This document shows positions 1 to 10,870 of a stretch of 64,000 nt of DNA, piece by piece. The DNA is from an uncultured Nitrososphaerales archaeon (GTDB taxonomy: Archaea; Thermoproteota; Nitrososphaeria; Nitrososphaerales; Nitrososphaeraceae). The notes beneath the pieces were generated by a model. It was given only the letters and a program-made list of their open reading frames with translations. It was not told the origin of the DNA and ran no database searches. Both the position numbers and the translations under genes were made by a program. Within the stretch, counting starts at the first letter, position 1. Each line of letters starts with the position of its first letter. Location: contig CAWJCY010000012.1 in assembly GCA_963841565.1 (NCBI GenBank), positions 192,001-256,000 of the forward strand, in the 5' to 3' direction.

Positions 1-1
1 A

Positions 2-355
2 ATTATAGTAAAAAGGGTTGAAGCAGCAGCGAGAGGTGACTTTGTGACGGTCATTTATAATCCAACTAGTAAGAGAAGGGTTCACCAACTAAGGGACACC
101 CGAGAAATATTCTTAAAGTACAGAAGTCCAAAGACGCCAGTAGCCATAATAAAAGGTGCCTATCGAGAAAGCCAAACCGTTGTAATTACGGATTTGCAAG
201 GTTTGCTTGAACCCGAACATCAGCAAATTATGGGTATGATAACTACGGTCATCATAGGGAATACTTCAACCTTCAGATATCGCCATCTTATGATAAACCC
301 AAGAGGGTACAAATCAAAATATGAGTTGGTTCATGATACCCCTGTAAATATGTAG
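2..355 (+). CDS. cbiH: precorrin-3B C17-methyltransferase, C-terminal part (gene starts before window)
   Basis: Frame open from base 2: IIVKRVEAAARGDFVTVIYNP...TPVAIIKGAYRESQ...MITTVIIGN...MINPRGY, typical CbiH/CobJ C-terminus. Confidence 0.9.
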   Translation: MIVKRVEAAARGDFVTVIYNPTSKRRVHQLRDTREIFLKYRSPKTPVAIIKGAYRESQTVVITDLQGLLEPEHQQIMGMITTVIIGNTSTFRYRHLMINPRGYKSKYELVHDTPVNM

Positions 356-407
356 CTGTACATATAATCATGGGGATGCTTCGACTTTTTGACAGTGGGC
401 GGGGTGA

Positions 408-1475
408 CTAATTGTCGAATTCCGGCTCTCGTCCCTTGAAATGCTGTCTTACCGGATCTACTATTTTATTTAAGTAGATGGAAACAGCACGCTTAAGATC
501 AGCTGGGTGAAGATCTCTGCTTTCGAAATCATTTTCGAGTTGGGCATAATTGCTGTATGATATCGTCCCCCCATATTTGGAGGCCCTTTCTACTTCGAAT
601 TCAGAGAAATCATGAAGAATAATGTACCGAACTAACTCTCGTACTGGATTGTTCTTAGAAATCCCGGCAGGACAGTACGCCATGCCAATCTTGCGGTTAA
701 TGGTCTCAACGTCGTCATGGACAAGTATGCTGCCACCTGGGTTGCTCTTGCTCATCTTGCTTCCAAACTTCCTGTTCCCAATTGTTGAACCATGCTTTTC
801 CGACTGGTTAGGTTCAGACAATCCTGGAAGCAAATGATGGTGAACCGCTACAGGCATTTTCCAGCCTAATTTCGGAAAGATTTCCCTAACTAACATGTGT
901 ATCTTCCTTTGATCCATTCCTGCATGAACAATGTCTGATCCTAATGACCTTATATCTATCGACTGCATAGATGGATATAGCAATTGGGAAAAGTCTAGAC
1001 TGTCTTTTTTGGTCCTTCCCATGATCGTGAGTGACCTCATAGTCCTCGCAAGAGTCAGGTGCTTACCAAATAAGATGAGGTCATTCCAATATTCATAACC
1101 TCTTTCACGATACATTTTGCTCCCCAAAACTATATTCAAGCCAGGACAAACGAGCTTGAATGCCTCAGCATAGTATTCAGAAAGATGGTTTATCTTACCC
1201 CAGTCCCCGCCGAGCTTGTTGTTGATATATGTATGCCAATCAGCGAGAAAGAGGGTACAGTCTACGCCCGCTCTCATAAAGTCATTTATCTTGAATCCTG
1301 TAAGTATGAGACTCCCAAGATGTAATAATCCTGAAATTTCTATACCAATGTAATGCTTAGGGACAGAGACGTTAAGAAATAAGTTAGATAACTCATCCTT
1401 TGTAACGATCTCCTCTGTAGGCTCTCGGGTAACTAGACTGAGACGTTCTTCGAGATCCATATAGATAGGTGGCAA
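408..1475 (-). CDS. tyrS: tyrosine--tRNA ligase (archaeal type)
   Basis: YIGIEISGLLHLGS (HIGH-like), LYPSMQ, GMDQRKIH, KMSKS, DLHPADLK. Confidence 0.95.
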   Translation of the reverse strand: MPPIYMDLEERLSLVTREPTEEIVTKDELSNLFLNVSVPKHYIGIEISGLLHLGSLILTGFKINDFMRAGVDCTLFLADWHTYINNKLGGDWGKINHLSEYYAEAFKLVCPGLNIVLGSKMYRERGYEYWNDLILFGKHLTLARTMRSLTIMGRTKKDSLDFSQLLYPSMQSIDIRSLGSDIVHAGMDQRKIHMLVREIFPKLGWKMPVAVHHHLLPGLSEPNQSEKHGSTIGNRKFGSKMSKSNPGGSILVHDDVETINRKIGMAYCPAGISKNNPVRELVRYIILHDFSEFEVERASKYGGTISYSNYAQLENDFESRDLHPADLKRAVSIYLNKIVDPVRQHFKGREPEFDN

Positions 1476-1619
1476 ATCTCAATTGCCTTATTAACATCTT
1501 GCGTTGTACACTTGAAATTATTTAGGTCTCCCCGGAGATTTTGGATCTGGAATTAATAGGTTAGCCTTAATGTTGATATCTCTGTAGATAGCTCTGATCT
1601 GTCGCGATAAGTCCTCATC

Positions 1620-2439
1620 ATGCCCTACAGCGAAGAACAGATCCTTAACACTATTCAATCATTGTCGTATTTCAAATCACGGGCCATTTCCCCTTACCAT
1701 GAGAGATTCAGCTTTCCATTTTTTAGTGGGACTTTTTTCGTCTATCGCAAGATTGATGTGAAACGGATTGTTACAATCGCAAAGACGGTTTGCCAGGATC
1801 CCTCATATTTGGACGTCGGATGTGGCTACGGTGAATTCCTTACGAAGATAAGGAACTACATTCCAGACGCCTTAGGCATGGAATTAGATCCAAGTATCTT
1901 CTATTGCTTGGGATTGCATGTTCCGTCCTACATCAAGATCTGGGATCCAAAGTGGGGATTGGATCACGATTTTGATATTATCTTCATAGGCTGGATGGAA
2001 CCAGGCACAGACTTTCGAGACGAAATTTCAAAACATACACAAGTGATAGTTACCACGTTGGATCAAGGTTTAAGTTTAGCTGCCGAGTACCGAGGGCCAC
2101 GGCTTCGAACTCATTGCATGGTGGAGATCTCCTTCTTGGGAAGATGTAAACATTGAGATAATGAATAGGCACTACACACGAATTTCAAATGAAGGGCTAG
2201 AAAGACTGGCCAGCATGAGAGGTGCTCACAATCTGTGGTATATTTACAGCAGCGATAAAGACATTTCGGAAAAAATAAGACGAAACTTAGCCAGAGCTGC
2301 TAATGAAGAACGATCTGACTTGAATGAAACGTATGACTACGAAGATGTCCTAGATGAATGTGGTTTTGGATTCCATCAAGAGTTATCCACGTTGACTGAT
2401 GGCGCACGTGAAAAACTTTGGGAAATAAGATATACTTAG
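1620..2439 (+). CDS. class I SAM-dependent methyltransferase, split by one extra base at ~2090
   Basis: YLDVGCGYG motif I. Removing one C in GAGTACCGAG joins ORFs 1620..2156 and 2161..2439 (EYEGHGFELIAWWRSPSWEDVNIEIMNRHY). Confidence 0.75.
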
Positions 2440-2483
2440 TTTAGCATGAGACTTTTTTTTGGCAAAATGTTGCATACCCCAAA

Positions 2484-3794
2484 ATGAAAGACTTAAAAAT
2501 TCTACCTACCGAAACTAACCCAGTTGAAAGTAACAGGTACCTGGGTGCAGCAAAAGAGGTAGGAAGATCAGGTTTTCTAGTTGACACAGGAAACAAGAAA
2601 ATCCTAATGGACTATGGAGTTCTACTCAAAAGAGATCGAGAACCAGCTTTCCCTCTCCATGTGAAACCAAAAGATATTGATGCAGTAGTATTGACGCATG
2701 CCCACTTGGACCATTCTGGCTTTGTACCTTCCTTATTTCTATCTGATGTCATAGGGCTACAGGCACTTGGCACAGCCCCAACCTTTGATTTGTCTTACCT
2801 CTTAATAGAAGACATGATAAAGATTTCAGGATTCTACCTCCCCTTCGAATATTTGGATGTTTTGAATATGAAAAACCATTCTAGAGAATTAGGCTATCGT
2901 GAACCATACCTTTTAGATGGTGTACAGATTAGCCTATTCGAATCAGGCCATGTTTTAGGAGGGGCAACTATTACGATATCTCATGAAAGCAAGACAATTT
3001 TTTATACCGGTGATATAAATACGAGAGGCTCGAAATTGCTGAGACCGGCAGACCTTAACGTGGGTGAAATTGATCTGATGATCATCGAAAGTACTTACTC
3101 CCAGTCTGACCAGACTCCAAGAGAAGAATCAGAACGCGAGCTATTGGACTTCGCAAATGGAATAATAGGAGATGGGGGGACAATTTTTATACCGGCCTTC
3201 TCAGTAGAACGAGCTCAAGAAATTGCGTGTGTTCTACAAGCACACAATTTCCCTCACAAAGTGGTCATGGACGGGATGGCTTTGAAGGCCAACGAGATAA
3301 TGCTGAAACATCCGTCGTTTTTGCGGGATCCAAATACCTTCAAGGAGGCTATAACCCGAGCTGAATGGATAAAAGGATGGAATAGAAGGAAGAAAGTTGT
3401 GAATGAACCGTGCGCTATTATTTCACCGGCTGGAATGTTAGTTGGTGGATCGGCTGTACACTATATGCAGGAGTTATGCAAGAGCGACAAAAATGGAATT
3501 GCTATTGTATCATATCAAGGAGAAGGCACTCCTGGACGAATGTTGTTAGAAAGGGGGGTTTCAAGTTTTCAGGGTAAATTGACTAAGTGCCAAGCAGCCG
3601 TTAGGCAGTTTGACTTTTCTGGTCATAATAGCAGAACCGAATTGTTTGAAATTTTGGATACAGTTAAAGGATCTCCAGAGGTTCTTACTGTACACGGTGA
3701 TGGAAAGGCCTGTACTGAATTCGCACGTGAGATTCACGAGAAATATGGTTTCAAAGCCCACGCGCCCGAAGCGGGAGAGGTAGTACAGCTCTGA
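2484..3794 (+). CDS. beta-CASP metallo-beta-lactamase ribonuclease (aCPSF2-like)
   Basis: LGAAKEVGRS, THAHLDHSG, GHVLGG, YTGD, ESTY, FSGH, VHGD motifs. The true start may be TTG 2524 with an indel near 2535. Confidence 0.9.
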   Translation: MKDLKILPTETNPVESNRYLGAAKEVGRSGFLVDTGNKKILMDYGVLLKRDREPAFPLHVKPKDIDAVVLTHAHLDHSGFVPSLFLSDVIGLQALGTAPTFDLSYLLIEDMIKISGFYLPFEYLDVLNMKNHSRELGYREPYLLDGVQISLFESGHVLGGATITISHESKTIFYTGDINTRGSKLLRPADLNVGEIDLMIIESTYSQSDQTPREESERELLDFANGIIGDGGTIFIPAFSVERAQEIACVLQAHNFPHKVVMDGMALKANEIMLKHPSFLRDPNTFKEAITRAEWIKGWNRRKKVVNEPCAIISPAGMLVGGSAVHYMQELCKSDKNGIAIVSYQGEGTPGRMLLERGVSSFQGKLTKCQAAVRQFDFSGHNSRTELFEILDTVKGSPEVLTVHGDGKACTEFAREIHEKYGFKAHAPEAGEVVQL

Positions 3795-3977
3795 AAACCA
3801 TAGGTTTATCTTCAGTGTAATGTGTGGGGGATTTAGGATTTCAACTCCATGAAATTAAAAGTTCGAGTTCAAACAAGTACCTTGTGAGCGTGAGATCCTG
3901 TTTCAGAAAACATCAAGATCTCTTTACTCGATCAGGATGATTGGTATCAGACTGAATTCCCATCTATTGCATACAAT

Positions 3978-5162
3978 TCAGTTAGCAGAGGCAATAAATC
4001 CTTCAAGTTTATCCATGGCCTTATCAAGCACTCCTTCGGATGGAAGATATACTAGCCTGAAATGATTCGACCCATAAGTGTTGCCAAACCCCGAACCATA
4101 GACGCTAATAACACCGGTTCTACTTAGGAAATCCAAAACGAAACTCTTATCATCCCTCCACCTGGGAGCCAGATCAAGCTTGGGAAATACGTAGAACGCA
4201 CCTCTAGGAACAGGACAGGAAATCCCTTTGATAGCATTCAATCGCTTCACAATGAAATCACGTCTTCTACGCAATTGTTCAACCATTACACGAATATGAT
4301 CTTGAGGTCCGCGCAAAGCTTCCACTGCTGCCATCTGAACCGGCAGGTTTGAAGAGATCCTTACTCTTGCTAACTTCGGAAGATTTTCTCGTAACTGGTT
4401 GAGCTTTTCAGAATTGCTGTTCATGCAAACATACCCACATCTCCAACCAGTCATTAGATATGCTTTTGAAAAGCCATTAAGTAGTACTACTGGAAGATCT
4501 GAAGCAACTTTCCCTATACCAGTAAATGACTCTTCGAAGACTATCTTGTCGTATATCTCGTCACAAATAAAATAAAGATCATGTTCTGCTGCTACATCAA
4601 TTAGCTTCTTGAGGCTGTTCGCATCAAACACCTCTCCCGTGGGATTATTTGGACTTATAATGCAAATGGCTATGCTTCTAGGAGTGATCTTTGAAACAAG
4701 ATCATCAATATCTGGAGTTCCATCTGGAAATATTCTAAATTCAACGGGGATCCCGCCATAGAATCTAGTATAGGAAGAATATGGAGGATAATATGGTCCT
4801 GGCATCAGGACTTCGGAGTTGGAGTCAACGATTGACGCAAGTACCATATCAAGGCCCTCTGAAACCCCATTTGTTACTAAAACATCCTCTTCTTGGGTGT
4901 AAAAGCCTTTTGAACGTTCCTTTTCGACGATTGCTTGTCTTAACTCGAGTACACCTTCAGATTCGGCATAGTAGTTATTGTCGTTCTTCACGGCTTCAAT
5001 TAAGGCTTTTTTAATATGCTCTGGTGTCTTAAACCCAAACTTCACTGGATCTCCTATGTTAAGGTAGATCAATTCACTGCCTTTCTTTTCATATTCCCTA
5101 GCCCGCAGCATAATGTCTCTGATAGCATATTCTACACCGCTGGTCCGCATTGAAATCTTCAA
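3978..5162 (-). CDS. PLP-dependent aminotransferase class I/II (alanine/aspartate aminotransferase-like)
   Basis: LNIGDP, NPTG, DEIYD, NGFSKAYLMTGWRCG. The ORF extends to 5210; TTG 5162 is the likelier start. Confidence 0.9.
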   Translation of the reverse strand: MKISMRTSGVEYAIRDIMLRAREYEKKGSELIYLNIGDPVKFGFKTPEHIKKALIEAVKNDNNYYAESEGVLELRQAIVEKERSKGFYTQEEDVLVTNGVSEGLDMVLASIVDSNSEVLMPGPYYPPYSSYTRFYGGIPVEFRIFPDGTPDIDDLVSKITPRSIAICIISPNNPTGEVFDANSLKKLIDVAAEHDLYFICDEIYDKIVFEESFTGIGKVASDLPVVLLNGFSKAYLMTGWRCGYVCMNSNSEKLNQLRENLPKLARVRISSNLPVQMAAVEALRGPQDHIRVMVEQLRRRRDFIVKRLNAIKGISCPVPRGAFYVFPKLDLAPRWRDDKSFVLDFLSRTGVISVYGSGFGNTYGSNHFRLVYLPSEGVLDKAMDKLEGFIASAN

Positions 5163-5315
5163 GCTATCATTGTACCTGTAAATTGACCAAAATAAAATGT
5201 TATTTGTCAATAAAGAGTTGTCTTCTTTGGCAGACGGATGGTTTTCCTATCGATGAGCTCGTAATATGAAAGCATTCATACTTTTTATTTAACCCACTGA
5301 TCATTAACCATACAA

Positions 5316-5390
5316 GGGTCCGTAGCGTAGTCAGGATATCGCAGCGGTCTTCGGAACCGCAGATCGAGGGATCGAAGCCCTCCGGATCCG
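5316..5390 (+). tRNA. tRNA-Arg(TCG)
   Basis: Acceptor GGGTCCG/CGGATCC, anticodon arm GCGGT-CTTCGGA-ACCGC, T arm GAGGG-ATCGAAG-CCCTC; TATA-like TTTTATTTAA ~25 nt upstream. Confidence 0.93.
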
Positions 5391-5806
5391 TTGTGTCCAG
5401 GAAACCCCCTTTTAGTTGGTGAAGCTCAATCTTTTGTGAAATGTAAGTCAATGTCCCATCCACACGACATACATGGAGGATTAATCGATTCTCTCGAACA
5501 GACCAATAATCTACGGATATTCTAACAATTCAAAAGGAGGTTCTAAATTGACACTGGCGTAACTCCATACTTACACTTTGACTACTATTTGATGCACCGA
5601 TTAAAGTCTGTCTATTGTAGAAAAGTTAGTCCATTTTCTCTTCTCGAAGCTAATATTCTTAACACTAATATTCTGATTATTCCTTCAAGAATTCCTTAGC
5701 GAGTTGGCTACCTTTTATGCTTGTCCTAAGACTACGATGCGAGGTATGAGCTTCCGGCCAATAGATAAATACCAAAACCTAAAGAGTTCATATTACCGTG
5801 TTTTGA

Positions 5807-5880
5807 GGGGTCGTTGTCTAGCATGGTATGATGCCAGCCTCGGGCGCTGGAGTTCGCCGGTTCAAATCCGGCCGACCCCA
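5807..5880 (+). tRNA. tRNA-Pro(CGG)
   Basis: Acceptor GGGGTCG/CGACCCC, anticodon arm CCAGC-CTCGGGC-GCTGG, T arm GCCGG-TTCAAAT-CCGGC. Confidence 0.95.
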
Positions 5881-6027
5881 TATTTTGGAGCATTAGGTTC
5901 AAAAACAAAAATTGATAACGGTCCTACCCACTTAACTTGCAACACAGATTATAAGACTAGATTTAACTGTAACCTCCTTGCTTGGCAACTTCTAGATTTA
6001 AATATCCTCTGATGTGTATCACAATTG

Positions 6028-6349
6028 ATGTCTGACACACAACCACAACAAAATCAACAAGTGTATAAGGAAGGACCTCGCGACGCGATATATATTGGGA
6101 AGAAACCATTAATGGCATATGTAACCTCAACTCTCATACAGTTGGCTAATCAGCCAAAAGTAACCATCAAGGCTAGAGGATTAAGTATAGGAAGAGCAGT
6201 TGATGTATCACAAATCATTCTTAAGAGAATGGAAAACGCAGGATATACAATAGGCGATGTAAGAATTGGATCAGAGACCTGTACACTCAGAGGATGGGAG
6301 AACTAGAAACGTGTCAACAATAGAGATTGAAGTAAACAGAGCCTCTTAA
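6028..6349 (+). CDS. albA: DNA/RNA-binding protein Alba, split by one extra base at ~6277
   Basis: IYIGKKPLMAYV, IKARGLSIGRAVDV. Removing one C in GAGACCTGT restores the C-terminus ETVHSEDGRTRNVSTIEIEVNRAS*. Confidence 0.92.
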
Positions 6350-6394
6350 TCTCTCCGCCATTTTTGTTGCTTATTTTCATTATGCTTAAATACT

Positions 6395-7027
6395 TTGTCG
6401 AAGAATGCGGCGATTTATCTTGCTCATCTGAACCCTGTAACAAAATCACACTCTAATATAATCTCCCGCTTAACTAAGGACTATCAAGTATATTTATTTC
6501 CAGTCAAGTTTGTGAACAAAAGTCGAGAATTAAACACAAGGAGCTTTCCTTTCAGTTTTGAAACTAGAAAGTCCATGGTAGAGGAGTTATTTGGGGATTC
6601 AGTGAAGATAGTTTCAGCGTACACGTTTCGTGCTCCATTTTTAAGATATTTGCCTCCACTTATTTCTCCTTACTCGTGGACCATGAGAAAGGATATTTTG
6701 GAAAGTGTTGTTGAGAATGAATTTTTCTCTTACACTGGCGATAGAGCGGAATCCTGGATGTTAAAAATATATGGTTTGAAACCTAGGTTAGGTAAGAGGT
6801 TAGAAATTTCTGGTACGTTAGTACGGGACCTTTTATATCGGAATGCCAGCAGCCATCCCAAATGGGAAGGTAACAAGAGAGAGCCTTGGCATGACTATGT
6901 GCCTCCCCAAGTAGTAGAGATCATCTATAAAAATTGGGCGGCCGTCGAACAGTTTGCTGATGCTGATGATAGGACAGTAAGACTCTTTGGTATGAAATTC
7001 CCCCAGGAAGGAGTTCTGTCTCCATAG
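6395..7027 (+). CDS. HIGH-family nucleotidyltransferase (cytidyltransferase-like)
   Basis: AHLNPVTKSH (HxxH-type motif), PFSFETRKSM, ISGTLVR, WHDYVPPQV resemble the NMNAT-like fold. Confidence 0.7.
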   Translation: MSKNAAIYLAHLNPVTKSHSNIISRLTKDYQVYLFPVKFVNKSRELNTRSFPFSFETRKSMVEELFGDSVKIVSAYTFRAPFLRYLPPLISPYSWTMRKDILESVVENEFFSYTGDRAESWMLKIYGLKPRLGKRLEISGTLVRDLLYRNASSHPKWEGNKREPWHDYVPPQVVEIIYKNWAAVEQFADADDRTVRLFGMKFPQEGVLSP

Positions 7028-7063
7028 AACATATTTATATTAGACAGGGAGACGTTGCGTTGG

Positions 7064-7984
7064 ATGAAAACGAAAGGCGCAGAATTCATTTGGCGGGATG
7101 GCAAATTCGTAAAGTGGGAAGACGCTAAAGTACCCATCTTTACACACGCGCTGCATTATGGAACTGCAATCTTTGAGGGAATTCGTGCTTATTCGTCGAA
7201 GGACAACAAGCTCTATGTATTCAGACTTGCTGAGCATATGGAGAGGCTTCACCGCTCCGCCCAAGTATATCGCATTAATGTAAATTACTCAGCCAAGGAG
7301 CTTTGTGATGCTACTGTGGAGCTACTGAGAAAGAACAATATCTTTGAATCATGTTACATTAGACCTCTAAATTTTGTAGGCCTACATGGCATTGATTTGA
7401 ATGTGACATTGGATTCGCCAACTTATTGCGCAATTATTGTATTTCCATTTGCGAGATATTTTAGTGAAGAAGGGATTAAAGTAGGCGTTTCGTCGTGGCG
7501 GAGGATAAATGATACCTCTATTCCTCCAATGGCAAAAGCATCTGGTAACTATCTTAATTCCGTTCTCGCTACTCAAGAGAGCAAAAGACATGGATTTGAT
7601 GAATCTATTATGCTTGACCAGGAAGGTAACATTAGCGAGGCTCCCGGGGAAAATATCTTTCTCGTGAGAGATCATTCAATTTACACACCTTTCATAGGAA
7701 ACTCTGCCCTTGAAGGGATTACACGAAATACTGCATTTGAAATTGCAGCTAATTTAGGGTATAGTATTGTTGAAAGGCCTATCTCAAGGACTGAGCTCTA
7801 TATGGCCGACGAACTTTTTTTGACTGGAACTGCGGCTGAAATAGTTGGTATCCTAAGTGTTGATGGACATCCTGTAGGTGACGGCAGGGAAGGACAAATT
7901 ACTAGGCGTATTCGACAAGCATACTCCAGGATAGTTACGGCAGAGGAACCCAGATTTTCGAGTTGGCTAACTAGTGTATGGTAG
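7064..7984 (+). CDS. ilvE: branched-chain amino acid aminotransferase
   Basis: HALHYGTAIFEGIRAY, YIRP, KASGNY, EAPGENIF, LEGITR, FLTGTAAE. Confidence 0.95.
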   Translation: MKTKGAEFIWRDGKFVKWEDAKVPIFTHALHYGTAIFEGIRAYSSKDNKLYVFRLAEHMERLHRSAQVYRINVNYSAKELCDATVELLRKNNIFESCYIRPLNFVGLHGIDLNVTLDSPTYCAIIVFPFARYFSEEGIKVGVSSWRRINDTSIPPMAKASGNYLNSVLATQESKRHGFDESIMLDQEGNISEAPGENIFLVRDHSIYTPFIGNSALEGITRNTAFEIAANLGYSIVERPISRTELYMADELFLTGTAAEIVGILSVDGHPVGDGREGQITRRIRQAYSRIVTAEEPRFSSWLTSVW

Positions 7985-8955
7985 CCTCAGAGTATGCGGA
8001 TCTCCATGTAGCTGTCATAGGTGTAGGAGGATGGGGAAAAAATCATGCAAGAGTCTTGAACAATCTCGGAGCTTTAAGAGCTGTTTGCGACATGGATGTG
8101 AAACGTGGCACCGAAATATCAGAAAAGTACCATGTGAATTGCTACACATCACTTGATCAAATGCTGCAAAAGGAGCAAAAATTAGATGCATGCTTCATAT
8201 GCACTCCGACTAAGAGTCATTATCAGCTCGCAAGTAGAGTAATCAATAGGGGAATGCATCTCTTTGTTGAGAAACCATTATCGTTCTCTTCGAAGGAATG
8301 TGATGATCTTGTTGATTTGGCACGAAACAAGAAAATAATCTTAACTGCAGGGTACATAGAAAGATATAATCCTGTCGTTCAAGATGTCAAAAGGATAATC
8401 CAGAGCAAGCAGTATGGTGAACCATTGATGATGGAGTTCCACAGAGAAAATAGGATGCCAATACACATAACTGACGTTGGAATAATTTACGACACATCAG
8501 TTCATGACATTGATACTGCGATGTATCTTTTTGACAGTAAACCGATCGTAGTTTTTGCTCGGACGGGAAAAAAATTTCATGCCTTCGAAGACTTTGCCAC
8601 TATCATGCTGGGTTTCGAAGATCAACGAGTGGCTATTATTGCATCGAACTGGATCACGCCTAAAAGAGTGCGAAGGTTTAGTGCCGTCTGTACTGATGGA
8701 ATTATAACTGGGGATTTTATTAGTCAGGAAATCAGGATAGATGATATGGACGCGACTACTATACCAAGAAGGGAATTCAAAGAACCTTTGTCTGTAGAGA
8801 TAACCTCCTTCCTTGATGCTGTGGCCGGAACTCATGATGTCACTAATACACTAGTATCATCAATTGAGGCAACTCGTGTGACCAGGGTGGCCGAATCTGC
8901 GATATTGTCTAGCAATACGGGTTCCCCGATATATTTGGACTTTAAGGAGAGGTAA
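7978..8955 (+). CDS. Gfo/Idh/MocA family oxidoreductase
   Basis: VIGVGGWG Rossmann motif, HLFVEKP, DTSVHDID. Confidence 0.9.
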   Translation: MVASEYADLHVAVIGVGGWGKNHARVLNNLGALRAVCDMDVKRGTEISEKYHVNCYTSLDQMLQKEQKLDACFICTPTKSHYQLASRVINRGMHLFVEKPLSFSSKECDDLVDLARNKKIILTAGYIERYNPVVQDVKRIIQSKQYGEPLMMEFHRENRMPIHITDVGIIYDTSVHDIDTAMYLFDSKPIVVFARTGKKFHAFEDFATIMLGFEDQRVAIIASNWITPKRVRRFSAVCTDGIITGDFISQEIRIDDMDATTIPRREFKEPLSVEITSFLDAVAGTHDVTNTLVSSIEATRVTRVAESAILSSNTGSPIYLDFKER

Positions 8956-8961
8956 GTGGTT

Positions 8962-9330
8962 ATGAGAAAATCACTACTTGAGATTTTGGCTTGTCCTATT
9001 GACAAGCACAGCCCTCTGGAGCTTATTGAAATAAATGTACATCTGGCCAACGACTCCTCTTCAGATAAACGAAGTGACAATAAAAAGACGCTGGAAGAAC
9101 AAACAGATAATGATACCGCGTATGATAACGTTATAGTCAAGGAAGGTGTTCTTTTTTGCAGTAGTTGTTCGAGGTTCTTCCCCATAATAGATGAGATCCC
9201 TATCATGCTTCCTGATGAGCTTCGAGAAAGGGAAAAAGATCTGCAATTCTTACTAGATTGGGAAACCAAGATACCTAGCAAGATACTTGATCATGGTGTA
9301 CCATGGCATATTGAGCGAAAAAATACTTGA
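8962..9330 (+). CDS. Trm112 family methyltransferase activator
   Basis: LLEILACPIDK...EGVLFCSSCSRFFPIIDEIPIMLPDELR. Confidence 0.88.
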   Translation: MRKSLLEILACPIDKHSPLELIEINVHLANDSSSDKRSDNKKTLEEQTDNDTAYDNVIVKEGVLFCSSCSRFFPIIDEIPIMLPDELREREKDLQFLLDWETKIPSKILDHGVPWHIERKNT

Positions 9331-9593
9331 AATAAAAGGGTAGGAAGCTAAGTTAGACAGCCAATGTGTTGGATGGCCAATACGAAGGTTGGTCTTGTTC
9401 ATGATACTGTTTTATCTTTTCTTTGCACTTAATTGACAAGCTTACATCTAAAGCGCGCGAGTCTGACGTCGCAGGTTAGAATCTACTCATTTACCTTGCA
9501 TATTTTCAAACACTGCCTGCTATAGTAGGCTTATTTCGCCCAGTATAAGCTACGGCTGTGGTCATTCATTTAGCATGCCCAATCATATTGCTT

Positions 9594-10794
9594 CTACTCA
9601 TTGACCATTGCTTCACACACTGGATTTGCCTTCATGATTATCATATCGAGATTATGATTATTCGTTTTCGAAATGGCACCAAAGTCGTCTTTCGAACAAG
9701 CTATTACGACCGTATTCTTATCTGTTGGATAGATATCTAGTGAAGTACCGGATCTTCGTTCTACGTCGCCAATATAGTCCTTTAACCTCGACTCCATTGT
9801 GGAAAACAATTCAATCTTGTCTCCTTTCATCTCATTTTGGTCAAGGGTCCAAGCAATAATTACCCTTGTCCTACTTGCCTTTAGTTCAGCCATCTTTAGA
9901 ACTAACCGAAGTCTGTCTATCAAATGTTTAACGTATCCTTCAATTCCTTTTATAGTACCATTCACCAGATATGCCAAAGGACCTGCTCCTGAAAGGGATG
10001 AAGCAACGACACGAAGATCGTATAATCCATTTGATATTTCATCGATGTATAAATCGCCATACTTATTCTGAAGTACTTGAGAAGGAAATCCGGACGAATG
10101 TGTTTGTTTGCAAACCTCTAAAGTGCTAGCCAATCCGGTGTAATGCTCCAAGATTCTAATAACGTGGGCAAGTTCAGCTGAATAGATATCAACTATATTA
10201 GAACCCTCTGTTTCAGGCAGATCCTGAATAAGGCCTAACAAATGGAGATCCTTCTTGTTTGAGGACGATGATCCGACCAATAGATCTGATTGACTTAATT
10301 CAGAAACAGATGTAATTGGCATATAATAGTAATAAATGTCTCTTCCTATCACATACCCCGTCAGGTGCTCAATTAGTGCAATGTTCTCGGTATTACCCCC
10401 TACCCCAGTAGGGAGAGTAAACACAATTGAAGTCCCTGGGCTTATGGACCTCACGACATCTCTTAATTTTGAGGAAATGTCCGCTCTTACATCCTGACCA
10501 GTCTTCCGAACCTTTGGAGAAAAGAAAACGTACGACGCCATTTTGATGGCAACATCCACAGGCTGCAGCTCAAGCAATGGTTCATCTTCCAAAAGAGAGC
10601 TTACGGTAGGATAGGTCTTAGTGATTTCAGGTTTAAGCATTATTGCCATTCGTGCAGATTCGTCGATCAAGGACACCTTATGTCCTCTAATTGCAATTGC
10701 GGAGGCAATTTTGTACCCTTCAGGTACTGAGTCCATATACAACAACTGGCTCAGATGATTTGCCTAGACTCAGACTGAATTCGCCTCCCCTCAA
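9594..10794 (-). CDS. degenerate UDP-sugar dehydrogenase-fold protein, split by one extra base at ~10723
   Basis: Removing one C in AGTACCTGAA joins TTG-start MRGGEFSLSLGKSSEPVVVYGLSTEGY (Rossmann-like) to ORF 9594..10745; overall layout resembles WecC/Ugd. Confidence 0.6.
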
Positions 10795-10870
10795 ACATAA
10801 GATAACGCTGCTATGTAAGAGTTAAAGAAAAGTCTTTTCTATTCATGGTTAGTAGTCTACTCTATATTTC

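Noticed and set aside
3934-3956. C/D-box sRNA (GGATGATT...CTGA)
   Set aside because: Imperfect C box and only one box pair
5200-6012. ORFs 5200..5463 (-) and 5704..6012 (+)
   Set aside because: They overlap tRNA-Arg and tRNA-Pro and have no protein motifs
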